A stretch of 64,000 nucleotides of DNA. Source: the human T2T-CHM13v2.0 reference genome, Homo sapiens. The notes beneath the pieces were generated by a model. That model saw only the letters and a list, made by a program, of their open reading frames with translations. It searched no databases and was not told the DNA's origin. The position numbers and the translations under genes were made by a program. Each line of letters starts with the position of its first letter. Position 1 is the first letter of the stretch. Location of the stretch: NCBI GenBank assembly GCA_009914755.4, contig CP068257.2, positions 39,264,001 to 39,328,000 of the forward strand, in the 5' to 3' direction. Below, piece after piece: positions 14,403 to 27,185 of the stretch.

Positions 14403-15243
14403 TTTTTTGTTTTATTATTGATGAAAATCAGTATTTTTGAAGTCAGGCTCTTTTCTGTTTTGGGTTTTTTTTTTTAATTTCTTTTAAATATATCTATGTC
14501 ACATCTTCCACTTCTTTTGAAGACCTTATTTAGTTCTATTCAATGTGTAAAGTACTTCACACATTGCAGTTTTTTGAAAGTCATATAATTCATACCTGAG
14601 AGAGATTTTGGGGAGCCTCTGGCTCAGCATGGTCACTGGAGGCCCAGGGAAGTCTAGGGTTTGCTGAAAATCTGGGAACAGTTAGCTCAAAGCCTGGCCG
14701 GCGCCCACTGCTTCTAATTTTCCATCCGTTTATCTCTCCGGCCCTGTGCAGCACTGCCTTTCCCAGGAAATGTGTGTGCGCCATCTTGTTATCTGATGTC
14801 ACCAGCACTGCACACCAGGATGCCAGGAGCCCAGGTGTGGGGTAAGAAGAGCTGGGCTTGAATCTCACTCTACCACTTATTAGCTATATGGTAGTCTTTG
14901 ACCACCACATTCCTTAGCTTCTTAGTGTGTTAGTTTCCTCATCTGCAGAATAGAGACAATAATGTAGTACTGACTGATTCAAACCACATGTCATGGATTC
15001 AAGACCATGTTCCTATGTCCCTCCAAAGACTTTTCCAACAGTTCAGTGGTGCCTGGAATTTCTTAATGAACATTTCAGTTCTGCAGCTTGAAGTTCACTG
15101 CTGGTAGATTGCCATCATCCCTGGAAGGGGTTGCACATTACGCCTCCTTAAGCACGTGCACTGATTGATATAGAAGCAAGTGTCTACCAGGAAAGGAAAA
15201 AAGACTTCAAATTCTGAGGGAAGCGAAAAGTAAAAATAAAAAA

Positions 15244-15262
15244 GCAGCAGCAGCAGCAGCAG
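15244..15262. repeat. (CAG)6 trinucleotide microsatellite
   Basis: gcagcagcagcagcagcag. Confidence 0.85.
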
Positions 15263-15414
15263 AGAAAACACCATTCTGGGATAAACATCCGGAGTGTTAG
15301 GCTTAGGGTCTCAAAGTCAGACGTGACAAGCCTCACCCTGCTTGTTCAGCTCCATGATTATTATTTTAAACATCAATTCTCATAGTAGAAAGATTAAAAA
15401 AAAAAGCTAACAGT

Positions 15415-15727
15415 GGACCCAGCACGGTGGCTCATGCCTGTAATCCCAGCACTTTGGGAGGCCGAGGGGGGCGGATCACCTGAGGTCAGGAGTTCGAGAC
15501 CAGCCTGGGCAACATGGCGAAACCCTGCCTCTACTAAAAATACAAAAATTAGTCGGGCATGGTGGCTCATGCCTGTAATCCCAGCTACTCCAAAGGCTGA
15601 GGCAGGAGAATTGCTTGAACCCAGGAGGCAGAGGTTGCAGTGAGCCAAGGATCGCACCACTGCACTCCAGCCTGGGTAACAGAGTGAGACTCTGTCTCAA
15701 ATAAACAAACAAACAAACAAACAAATA
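15415..15727 (+). mobile_element. Alu SINE with (CAAA)n tail
   Basis: ggacccagcacggtggctcatgcctgtaatcccagcactttgggaggccgagggggg cggatcacctgaggtcaggagttcgagaccagcctgggcaacatggcgaaaccctgcctctactaaaaatacaaaaattagtcgggcatggtggctcatgcctgtaatcccagctactc...caaataaacaaacaaacaaacaaacaaatag. Confidence 0.9.
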
Positions 15728-16580
15728 GTGAGTTATAGCTAGAAGAATCTTGAATAGTAGCCTTGTTGTGTTCAAAACATACCCATGCTTTATAAAATCA
15801 GAGCTGAAGAGGTTGGTGTACTATAACACAGATTTAACATCCTATCTAAATTATTTGAGGTGAAGGATTCATTATTCATGATTTTCACACCCAAAAATAT
15901 TTACTTCATAGTATTCATATTTGGACATGTCATTCAGATTATTCCATTTTATTTTAAATAACGTAACAAAACATTTTAGACATCTGATTTATATAATAGC
16001 AATACCAAGGACTTGCACCCTGTTTCTACCTAAGTTGTTTCTAAAAACCATCTTATAACTCATCCATTGCCAAGTAATTACAATCTTAACTGTATCTTGA
16101 AAACAGTGGGTTTCAGCTTTTTATTATCCCAGTTATTGCTCTGGAATCATTGTAGTGCACCTTCTTCATGACCCCATTCATTCAGGTCACCAGCTCACTC
16201 TATGTTTAAGAGGCCTGTCTCTAGAAAGAAGGAGAAGAGGGGATACGTAAAGAATTGAAAACAGCTTCAATTTGATTCAGTAGCACAGTGCACTAAAACC
16301 CATAAGCCACAACAATCAACAAAGTGTGGAATTCACACTGTTCTACTCAATTCCATCCCTTGTATTTTTTACAGCAATATCTTTATTGTGCTGAAAGTTA
16401 TCACATGTACTCCGGAGTTTCTAACAAACCTTTATGTTTTACCTTTGAAAATAACTTCTAAGCTGCTATTTCTGCTTGGAATTTTATGTTAAAGGTGGAG
16501 AAAATTGAATCAAGCAGTCATCAATGGGTATCACCTTCCACAGTCCTACCTCCCCAGAGTTCTGAAGAATTCAGGTCCAG

Positions 16581-16866
16581 GCAAACTAACACAGGAACAG
16601 AAAACCAAATGCCACATGTTCTCCCTTATAAGTGGAAGCTAAATGATGAGAACACATGGACACGTAGAGGCGAGCAACATATACGGGGGCCTTTTGGAGG
16701 GTGGAGGGTGGGAGGTGGGAGAGGACCAGGGAAAACAGCTATTGGTTACTAGGCTTAATAGTTGGGTGATGAGGTGGCCTATACGACGGAGCCCCATGAC
16801 ACAAGTTTACCTGTGTAGCAAATCCACACTTGTACCCCTGAACATAAAATAAAAGTTAAAAAAAGA
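16581..16866 (+). mobile_element. LINE-1 3' end (5'-truncated, ~290 bp) with poly(A)
   Basis: gcaaactaacacaggaacagaaaaccaaatgccacatgttctcccttataagtggaagctaaatgatgagaacacatggacac...ccccatgacacaagtttacctgtgtagcaaatccacacttgtacccctgaacataaaataaaagttaaaaaaag. Confidence 0.75.
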
Positions 16867-19800
16867 GACATTGTCAGAAAATACATGGTGAATTTAATAA
16901 ACAGTTTTCTTTCAACGGTAACAAAAAAATCAATGAAGTTGGTTGCCCGTTGTAAGAATTAAACGTCCAATAATTTTTAGGCAATTTTTGATTTCTGAGC
17001 TTATAACTGAGTTGCTGTAAAATTGCTGGGATTCCTACACAAAGAAGAAAACCTTTTTGATGAAAATTTAAAAAGAATTTTGTACCAATTATGGAGGTTT
17101 AGTTAAAAATTATTAAGAACAAATAAAAGAAATATTTTACACACAAAAAAAGATGACGCTTCCCTGGCTGCTGTGACACTTGTGTGTTATGAGCACACCT
17201 TGGTGTTGTAGGTTGGAGTCCTGGAAGGTGCTTTTTTGACATTGTCTTAAAACTTTTTTTAAGGCCTAAGGTATGAAATAATTAATCATTAGTACATTTT
17301 TATTTGATGCACTGGGAATTTTTAATAATTTCACTCTAAGTAGTTCCCCTCAAATACATGAGCTTTTATTTTATATCTTTTTAGTAGGCATAACTCAAGT
17401 ATATAAGGTAGATTTTTAAAAAGACATTGTATGGTATCTTAAAGTTAGCATTCAGTTTTCTACTGTACTATTTTACTAAATTTTTCAATACTTCATTTTT
17501 ATAGACTTCTAATCCCTGCTACCTTATATTATACTATATTATACTTTCCTATACATTTAATTTGAAGGCTTTTCAGAACTTTGACATGGCTATGGGCTTA
17601 GGGATTGTAGGCATTTTCCATGAGACAAAAACATGTGACTTCCAGCATTGTTTTAATTTGATTATTAAAAAGTACACAAATATTAGTGGAGGAAAAAGGA
17701 CCTACAATATAGTGATGATGATGGTGGCGGTAGTGGTGATGATGACAATAATAATAACACATGGTATGATTTTAAGGGCAAATAGATATGCAAATAGGCT
17801 TAATCCTGAATACAGTGAAAGAAAACTAAGGCATTGCAGGCATAAATACTTCAAAGCTAGGGGCAAACACTACAATTGGACCAGAACCAAATTGTCTGGA
17901 CTGCTGGGGGTGGCTCTACCAGATCCAAGATGGTGCTAGAGTTAGTAAACCTTCAGCTGTGATAAAGCTAACAAAGTGCTCTGTCTCCTAGTAATTGCAA
18001 GAATGATATTTGTTACAATCTCCTTTCTTCAACTCCGAGCACCAGAATGCCAGCTGCGGAGGATTCTGAGTTGGGCCACTATCCTGGGTCAAATTCAGTC
18101 TGGAACAATAGTTCTTTGACTTCTATCTTTTTCACAATTTCTCATTTCCCCAACTGATCATTAATCCACAAGGGATTATTGATCTCCCAGTCAGTCTGTC
18201 CTCTCTCCTGCCAAGTAATAAAAATACTACCTTTAATGCTAATCTGTATAAATCAATGTCAGGTTCAAATATGAACTGTGCTGTAGACTTGGATTCTTTA
18301 CCAAATATAACAATCAGTGGATGCTTCACTCAAATATTAATGATTCATTAACTACCCACCAGTTTCTCATTAAGTGCTGATATAATCTCTCCATAAGAAT
18401 TTATTACAATACCATAGCCAAATGTTCAACATCTAGACAGGAACAAACTCTCTAAGGAGAAATCATAAAACACGTACAAACTCAGGCAGTCTTCATCCAA
18501 AGTAACTGTGTTAATCCAGTGAAGTGAGTGTGTCTGATTGTTTTTTGAGCTTTATCACCTCAAATCAGGCAGTCAGTTAACTCTCTAAGCTTCAGTGTGC
18601 TCATTTGTAAAATAGATATAGTGGCCTCACCTCAGACTATTTTGAGAAAATCAAGGATGATGATGTCTTTGTAACCAGCTTATGCAAGGGGCTGAACTTG
18701 GGAGGTTGTAATCAGGAAATAGTTTTCCTTTTAACCCACCACAATCTTCAAACCTACGTTTCAATTTTCTATTCTGCAGCACTGGGTGATGTCTCATGGA
18801 AGCTAGCTTTTCTAGTCAGTTTCAGGTATTTGTAAAGTCTCATTTTTGAATATAAAAAAGCCAGTCTAGTCTAATTCCAAAATGTCAATATCTTTTGGGT
18901 TTTCCTGCAGTTCAGCTGTGATTTAGGCTGGAAAATCTGCAAGGATAATGTCAGGGTGTCATTTTATCCTTCCTTGATCCACTTCCTTGCTGTAGTCTTC
19001 AGTATTGAGTAGGAAGGAAGCATGAACCTGAAGATGCAAAACTTTATCTTGACTTGGCAGGTGCTGTCTGCTCCTTCACCATGGCAGATGCTCAGATGCC
19101 AGCTCCTTTTCTCCCAGGGCTCTTTAACGGATATCTTGGGAGCCTACCTCCTACCCTCCACCACTCCCACCAGCCAAGAGATTTCCATGATGGACATATG
19201 CTTTGGCTCACTTTCAGGCTTCCCCTTGCTAATGGACACCCTTTATTGATATCCCTGGCCTGGCCACCTTCTGTGGAGTAGCTCAGAGGGAAGAATGATG
19301 TGGTCAGCTCCCCGTTTTGCTGTTAGAGAGACTGCCACAGGCTCCACACCTCTGAGCATCCTTTTTTACCTGCACACAATGGGATAATGACAGTATCTAC
19401 CATTGCTGTCTACCTCCTGGGCTGTCTCAAGGATTAAAGGAGGTGGCCCAGCCTAAGCACACTTACCACAGCACCTTCCCATGCCACACCTAGCAGGAAG
19501 CAAGCATGATCAAAGTGGTTAGAACCATGAACTACAAAACAGATTACCTGGGTTTGGATTTAAAATCCACCACTCACTAATTGTAAAACCTTGGACACAT
19601 CAATGGTTAATTGACCTCTCTGTGCCATAATTTTCTTTCTGTACAATGGAAATAATAGCAGTTTCTCCATGTGCCAGATGCTATGTGTTGACATTCAGTG
19701 GGTATCTGCCTTCAAAATGCTCCCCTAATCCACAGGGTAAGGCCTGGAGACTCACATTCCATCTTTCTATACCAGTGGGTTCCAGGGAAGTTCTGCCAAT

Positions 19801-20215
19801 GAGAAGCTGTCATGGGCTTTCTGGAGTTGGCCTGGAGATCAGTGGAAGGTAGCTGTTTGAGCATCAGCACCAGACAGATGTGGAAATTTGCAGCAGTTTC
19901 CAAGCAACCTTCTGAGAATTGTGCACTTTGGAGCTCCAAGAATATGTGACCTCCCATTATCCTAAGCAAGCCCCACCAAGCCCTAACTGATACCTGGCTT
20001 CATAGAGTGGCTGAGAAAATCAAGAAAGTTTGTACATAGAACGTGCTCAGAACAGCTCCAACAACATTGTAAGCATTCAATAAATGTCAGCTACTATGTT
20101 CATTCCGTATTATTCCCAATACTATGAATTAATCTATGCATATCAGTTGACCAAAGCTTCAAAACTACAGGAAGAAGGAAATGGTAGGAGAGCTCAGCAC
20201 TTCCCCTACAGACCT

Positions 20216-20587
20216 TGTATTAGTCTGTTTCCATGCTGCTGATTAAGACATACCCAAGAATGGGCAATTTACAAAAGAAAGAGGTTTAATGTACTTGCAG
20301 TTCCACATGGCTGAGGAGGCTTCACAATCATGGTGGAAGGCAAGAAGGAGCAAGTCACGTCTTACATGGATGGCAGCAGGCAAAGAGAGAGAGCTTGTGC
20401 AGGGAAACTCCCATTTTTGAAACTATCAGATCTCATGAGAATTATTCACTATCAGGAGAACAGCATGGGAAAGACCTATACCCATGATTTAATTATCTCC
20501 TACCGGGTTCGTCCCACAACACATGGGAATTGTGGGAGTTACAATTTAAGATGAGGTTTGGGGAGGGACACAACCAAACCATTAGAG
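20216..20587 (-). mobile_element. THE1-type MaLR solo LTR, abutting the next element
   Basis: tgtattagtctgtttccatgctgctgattaagacatacccaagaatgggcaatttacaaaagaaagaggtttaatgtacttgcagttccacatggctgaggaggcttcacaatcatggtggaaggc...ggttcgtcccacaacacatgggaattgtgggagttacaatttaagatgaggtttggggagggacacaaccaaaccattaga. Confidence 0.75.
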
Positions 20588-20612
20588 ACCTGAAAGAGGC
20601 TGTTGTACTCAC

Positions 20613-23108
20613 TGATTCATGTAGTTTGCATGTGTGTCCTCTCTAAATCACATGTTGAATTGTAATCCCCAGTACTGGACATGGGGCCTGGTTGGGGGTG
20701 ATTGGATCACAGGGGTGGATTTCTCATGAATGATTTAGCATCATCCTCTTGATGCTATTCTTGTGATAGTGAGTTCTCATGAGATCTAGCTGTTTAATAG
20801 TGTATGGCAACTCCTCCCTCTCTCTCTTGCTCTTGCTTTCACCATGTGATGTGCTGGCTTCTTCTGTATCTTCCTCCATGATTGCAAGCTCCCCGAGGAC
20901 TCACAAGAAGCTGAGCAGATGGTCAGTATCATGCTTCCTGTACAACCTGCAAAACCATAAGCCAGCTAAACCTCTTTTCTTTATAAATTACTCAGTCTTA
21001 GGTATTCCTTTATAGCAATGCAAGAACTACATAACACAGAAAATTGTTATCAGGAGTGAGATATTACTGTAAAGATACATGAAAATGTGGAAGTGACTTT
21101 GGAACTGGGTAACAGGCAGAGGTTAGAAGATTTTGGAGGGCTCAGAGGAAGACAGGAAGACGAGGGAAAGTTTAGAACTTCTTAGAGGCTTGTTAGATGA
21201 TTGTGACCAAAATGCTGATAGTGATATGAACAGTGAAGTTCAGCCTGCTGAGGTCTCAGATGGAAATGAGGAACTTATTGGGAACTAGAGCACAAGTCAT
21301 CCACGTTATGCTGTAGCAAAGAGATTGGTTGCATTGTGTTCACGCCCTAGAGATCTGTGGAAATTTGAACTTAAGAGTGATGATTTAGGGTAACTGGTAG
21401 AAAAAAAAAATCTAAGCTACAAAGCATTCAAGATGTGTCTTGGCTGCTTCTAACAACCTACTCTTAGACATAGGAGCAAAGAAATGACTTAAAGTTGGAA
21501 GTTATATTTAAAGGGGAAGCATATCAGAAACATTTGGAAAATTTGCAGCCTGGCCATGTGGTAGAAAAGAAAAGCCCAATTTCAGTGGAAGAATCCAAGT
21601 GAGCTACAGAACAACCACTTATTAGAGAGATTTGCGTAACTAAAAGGGAGCCAGGTGCTGATAGCCAAAACAAGGGGGGAAAAGGTCTCAAAGACATTTC
21701 AGAGATCTCTGAGGCAGCCCCTCCCATCACAGGCCATGGGTTCTAGGAGCAAATAATGTTTTGGGGGGCCAGGACCAGGGCCACAATCCCCTGCACAGTC
21801 ATAGGACTTTGCTTCTCGCATTCCAGTCACTCCAGCTGCAGCTGGAGGGGCCAAGTTACAGCTTGGGCCTCCACTCTAGAGGGTGAGAGCCATCAGCCTC
21901 AGTGGCTTCCACATAGTGTTAAGCCTGTAGGTTCACAGAGTGCAAAAGTGAAGAATGTTTGGCAGCCTCTGTCTACATTTCATAGGATGGATGGGAAAGC
22001 CAGAGTGCCCAGGAAGAAGCCTATCTCAGGGGCAGAACCCTCATAGACAACCTCTACTAGGGCAGTCATGAAGGGAAATATGGGGTGTGAGCCCGTACAC
22101 AGAGTTCCCAGTGTGGGAACTGCGTAGTGGAGCTGTAGGGAGGGGGTCACTTTCCCCCAGACCCCAAAATGGTAGATCCATAAGCAGCTTGTACCCTGGA
22201 AAAGCCACAGGCACTTAACTGCAGCCTATGAGAGCAGCTGTGGGGACTGAACCATGCAAAGCCTAGAAGCAGAGCTGCCATGGCTTTGGGAACCCAACCC
22301 TTGCACCTGTGTTCCCTGGATGCAGGACGTGGAGTTGAAGGAGACTGCTTTGGAACTTGAAGATTTAATGACTGCCCTGCTTGGTTTTGCACTTGTGTGG
22401 GGGCTGTACATGTAAATAGCCCCTGTCTTTTTGGCTGATTTATCCCTTTTGGAATGTGAATGTTTAACCAATGCCTGTACCCCCATTGTATCTTAAAAGC
22501 AAGTAATTTGTTCTGATTTTCCAGACTCATAGGTGGTAGGCACTCAACTCCAGATGGGACTTTGGACTTGGGACTTTGGACTTTTGAGTGATGCTAAAAT
22601 GAATTCAGACTTTTGGGAAACTACTGGCTGGGGATGATTATATTTCTCAGTGGAAGAAGAACATGAGATTTGAGGGGCCAGGAGTGGAATGATGTAGTTT
22701 AGAGGTTGTTCCCTCTGAATCTCATGTTGAATTGAATCCCCAGTGTTGGAGGTTGGGCCTGGTGAAAGGTGATGGGTTCATGAAGGCAGATTTCTCATGA
22801 ATGGTTTAATGCCAACCCCTTGGTGCTGTCCTTGATAGTGAGCATGTTCTCAGAAGATCTGGTTGTTTAAAAATCTGTGGCAACTACTCCCTCTCTTTTG
22901 CTCCCACTCTCACCGTGTGATATGTTGGCTCCCCCTTTGCCTTCCACCGTGACTGCAAGCTCCCTGAGGCCTCACCAGAAGCAGAGCAGATGCTGATGCC
23001 ATACTTCCTATACAGCCTTCAGAAACATGAACCAATTAAACCTCTCTTCTTTATAAATTAGCCAGTCTCATGTATTCCGTTATAGCAAAGCAAGAACAGC
23101 CTAACATA
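20613..23108 (+). mobile_element. Near full-length MaLR element (MST/THE1-like): 5' LTR ~20613-21038, internal region ~21039-22688, 3' LTR ~22689-23108
   Basis: Both LTRs carry ...catgttgaattgtaatccccagt..ggagg.tgggcctggt...gtgatgggttcatgaaggcagatttctcatgaatg.tttagc...gatctggttgtttaa...actcctccctctctct.gct...caccatgtgatatg...gcaagctccc.gagg.ctcac.agaagc.gagcagatg...aaacctctcttctttataaattagccagtct.a.gtattcctttatagcaa.gcaagaac. The internal region carries the MaLR-int motifs gaaaatgtggaagtgactttggaactgggtaacaggcagaggtt...gaccaaaatgctgatagtgatatgaacagtgaagttcag...ctagagatctgtggaaatttgaacttaagagtgatgatttaggg. Confidence 0.7.
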
Positions 23109-23796
23109 CTGCCACTCAAGAACAAGAAGATACTGTGAGAGTCCACCCAAGGGGAGCATGTTTAGAAATATGGCAGGAATATAAATGATATCAACAGACA
23201 ACATCTGCAGAAGAATTAACAGAAATGTACCTTGTGGATCTCTCACTTCAGCTGCTCCAGAGAAGTTCATTTACCAAATGCAAAGGGCCAGCCTGAAAGA
23301 TATCTCACTATTCAGTACAGAAATGGGGCACATACATGGAGGGCAAGGAGAAAAATCTGCATGTTGTCAAACCACTTTTTAGATTTAACTTGAAGTGACC
23401 TCATATGAACAAAAACAGATCAGGGAATTCTAAGTTAGATCATAGGCAAAGTAGCATCATGCTATGAGGGCTGCTGTAAACATCAACTCCGTGCTAAGTG
23501 GTTCAGCTGCCTCAGCTTTGTAGTCAAGAGATGACTCCAGGGTGTTTGCAATCTGCATTCCTTGCAAAAAAGCCTGCGTTAACTTCAGCTCTGCAGGGAG
23601 TTGTGATGGATGCATTTTGAGTATTGTGGTGATTATATTTTTGTTTGCACCTCTCACGGGACAAACACACAAAGGCCTAGAATATAAGGGAGAGCAAACA
23701 ATAAAACATAAAGCCATTTATGGCACTTGGATTCTTTTGCTTGCAGATGAAGAAATGGCTCTTTTCAGTCAAGCTTGGCTAGTACACATCTTTGTT

Positions 23797-24195
23797 TAGG
23801 TCTATTTGTGCTGCCATCACAAAATGCCTGAGAGTGGGTAATTTATAAACAATAGAAATTTATTTCTCACAGTTCTGGAGCTGGGAAATCCAAGATGAAG
23901 GTGCTGGCAGGTTTGGTGTCTAGTGAGAGTCTAGTCTTTGCTCCCAAGACGGTGCCTGCCACGCTGCACCCTCCAGAGAATGGAATGCTGCCTCCTCACA
24001 TAGTGGAAGGGATGGAAAGGCAAAAAGAAGCCAAAGTTCTCCATCAAGCCCTTTGACAATGACATTAAGCTATTTATGAGAACAGAGTCACCATGACCTA
24101 ATTCCTCCCTGAAGGCGCACGTTCCAACACTGTTGCATTGCGGATTACGTTTCCAACACATGAATTGTGGGGGACACATGCCAACCATAGCACCC
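23797..24195 (-). mobile_element. MaLR-family LTR (reverse complement; starts TGCTATGG..., ends ...gtttataaattaccc.ctctcaggcattttgtgatggcagcacaaatagac)
   Basis: + strand: gtctatttgtgctgccatcacaaaatgcctgagagtgggtaatttataaacaatagaaatttatttctcacagttctggagctgggaaatccaagatgaaggtgctggcaggtttggtgtctagtgagag...tgttggaaacgtaatccgcaatgcaacagtgttggaacgtgcgcc...gaattgtgggggacacatgccaaccatagca. Confidence 0.5.
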
Positions 24196-27185
24196 CCAAA
24201 ACTCTTTGTCCCAAAGACCTATCACAGCTGTATTTTTAAACCCTAAAGCATATGTCATTTATGCCTATCTTTCTAATGATTTCTATTGATTGTTATGGCT
24301 GCTTACCCCGCTTCATCTCCAAAACCAGAATAAAAATAAAATTTATTTTCATACAACCTTATTATCCTTCAAATGATCTTTCTGTGTTAAAATGGTCAAA
24401 TCCTGACAGTCCTGGTTCTACTGAACCCTGAGGATGAAATGGGCTCCTAGCGACTGAAGCTTTCCTTCCTTTTCTAGAATTATCATTGTCAAAAACAAAT
24501 GCTTCCTTGGTCATTTAAAACAGGTATATGAAGTGTCTCATATTTACCCCAAATTAAAACATTCAGGTAAAGAGGCATGGCAGGTTTTTGAGAGCAGTTC
24601 TGCTTTGCCCCTCTCTTCATCTCTCTAGTTTTTTATGACATTATAAAAAAATGAACTTACTCTTTGGGATCCTATTTGAATGCTTAAGATAGATAACATA
24701 AAATGCAAAATGTTGAAGAAAAAATAATGTTTCATATGAGGAAAAACAGTGTTTCACTTGTATTCATACGAACGCACACGCATATGAACTCTGGGGGAAT
24801 AAAGATAATTAACACTCATAAGTTCAGAGTTGGAATGGACTCTTGTAGCAAAAGACAGATTAATGAGAGAAAAACAAATGGAAGTTTATTAATGTGTATA
24901 TTTCATAGGTACATGAAAGACGCCAAGGGAATGAGTAGTCCTCAAAGGGATGGCTTTGAATTCTGGCTTGTATAGCATTTTTAACAAAGAACAGTACATT
25001 TTTAAGGAAGTAACAAGACAAAGAAAAGGACTTGGGTTCTCCAGGGCAGCAGCTTGCAGGAAGACACATAATGGTAAATAAAGGCGAGTTAGGGAAGCTT
25101 GCTCGTGGAGATGCCTCTGGTATCATCTCCAGGGTCATCAGTGCCCAAGGTTGTCTTCCGTGGTTAACCTTTGTTCTCCCATAGGAGAAGAAGGCAGGGC
25201 AGGATTCCTTTTGTCCTTATAAACCTGTGTCCTACTTTTAGGCAAATAAAGGGAGAGGAGAGCTCTTTCCTGTAACTACTTCTTCTTAATTGCCTTCAGT
25301 TCAACAGTCATTTATATTTTGGGGTGGTATATTCTGGTCCCCACAATACATATGTAGACGCAGGCATACACACAGAGGAAGAGATTATTTTCTTTTAAGA
25401 GGTATATCTTGGCCAGGGATTTCCATTCCACTGTGCAGCCTGACTGCATTCAAAATGCAGGCAATGAAGGAGGCCACTTGGTACACTGCATTCTGGAAGA
25501 GAAAACCAAGACTTGAACAGACATAAAAGATTTAAATTTCAGGCTTTCAAAGTTGAGGGCTGGACCAGAAACAGGCCCCCGCCCCCTCCCCCCACCCACA
25601 ACACACACAGGAGTGAAGACACTAAAATGATTTGTTTTCTAATTTACATGTTAATCTTGGTGAAGTAACAGATCCCTCCTGCATCCTTTCAAGGACATTG
25701 CAGTGCCTACCAGCTAACTAACAATTCTTTCAACAAGTGTGCATGCAGCCTCTGCTAGATCCTGGGAAGGCAACAGACAACTAGAGAAATGTGGTTACTA
25801 CCTTTATGGTTATTTCTTGATATTGGAGAAGAGACACTTACATAAACAGACAAGTATTCAAAATGAATTTGTAATACAGTAACTGAGGAAGACTTCAGGC
25901 TTCCATGAGAATCTACAATTGTGAGGCCTAGCCAGTTCAAACCAGGTGAGAAACAGAAGGGTTGGGAGTATTTGATATAAGACAGAATGAAGGGGACAGT
26001 GGTAAACCACTGAAGCTGTGAGCTGACAAAAAGTACAACAATTCAAAAACATCCACATTGTGTTGGCCAAAACTCCAAGAGTTCCAGCCACTTCACCTGC
26101 CAAGTATTTGCCTCTGATATTACTGATCAGTCCACGTAGCATTTGGGAATCATTGTAACTCCTTGGTTGCCCCACAAAATGCGCAGTCCATTGGACTGGA
26201 CTGAACTGTCTAAGAATGATGACTAGGAAGCTTTTGGTTTTACTCAAATAAGTGTTTTTCCACCGTGCAGTTCATCATGAGATTGGAGGTGGTATTTCCA
26301 GGGAGTGCTTATGAAGATAGCAGAGGAAAGGTGCCAAGCTGGAACCGAGCCTGCACATCGCCCTACTGGGACATGGCTTGTTTATGTTCTACTGCCAGTG
26401 GGTCCAGGGGAAAACCTTCCAAACCACATGAGCATTGCCAAGATCGGTAGCAACACATCATTCACTATTAACCAAATCTGAAAAACAAGAAGGCAAAGTC
26501 AACAACTCCCTAACTCACACATTGTGCAAAAATTATGACTTCTGGGTGGTTACTAGGAATATCTCAAACATGAGTTTTGAAAATTTGCCTGTTTTACCTG
26601 AACCACACAGTATTGTGTCCTAGCATGCTGATGTATATAGTGATTGAGGTAGAAAATGTTCAATATAAACAAAAGACAACACAGTGAGGGATGGGGTGAG
26701 AAAAAAATACTTCTGACCCATCCATACTTATGGCTGCAGGCTTGTCGTTAGAATGTGCATGTCATCTTGATATTTCTCCATCCACTTGGCTTCTGCCTCA
26801 TTTCTCACCATTTTCCTTCCATTTCCTGGTGTTTTCTCCACTCCAGCCAACTGCTCACTCTCTGGCGTCTCTCTGTGCTTGCTTTTGTGGCATGTTGGCA
26901 AAATGCCACCTTGACAGTGTTTGGTCTCCCAGCTTGGTCTTTGTGTTTTCCCTTTCTCTCTTCTACCTAAAAGGAAAACAGCCTTTGCTTTTCACTGATG
27001 AGTGGCTGGCAGCACCCAGGGCTAGCTCAGTGCCACTGCTGGCAGGCATCTCATGCCTGTCAGCAGTCCAGTTACTAAAGGCAGCATTCAGAGGCGGGGG
27101 ATCTGGGAGGAGGGTCATCATCTCGGGAGGTCAGAGCTGATATCTCCAACCTTCCCACAACTTTTATTAAAAATTCTCCCCACAT

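Noticed and set aside
17690-17760. (GTG/ATG)-rich stretch gtgatgatgatggtggcggtagtggtgatgatgacaataataataac as a coding trinucleotide repeat
   Set aside because: Imperfect low-complexity sequence with no surrounding ORF support. It is just the source of the MMMVAVVVMM ORF-track artefact.
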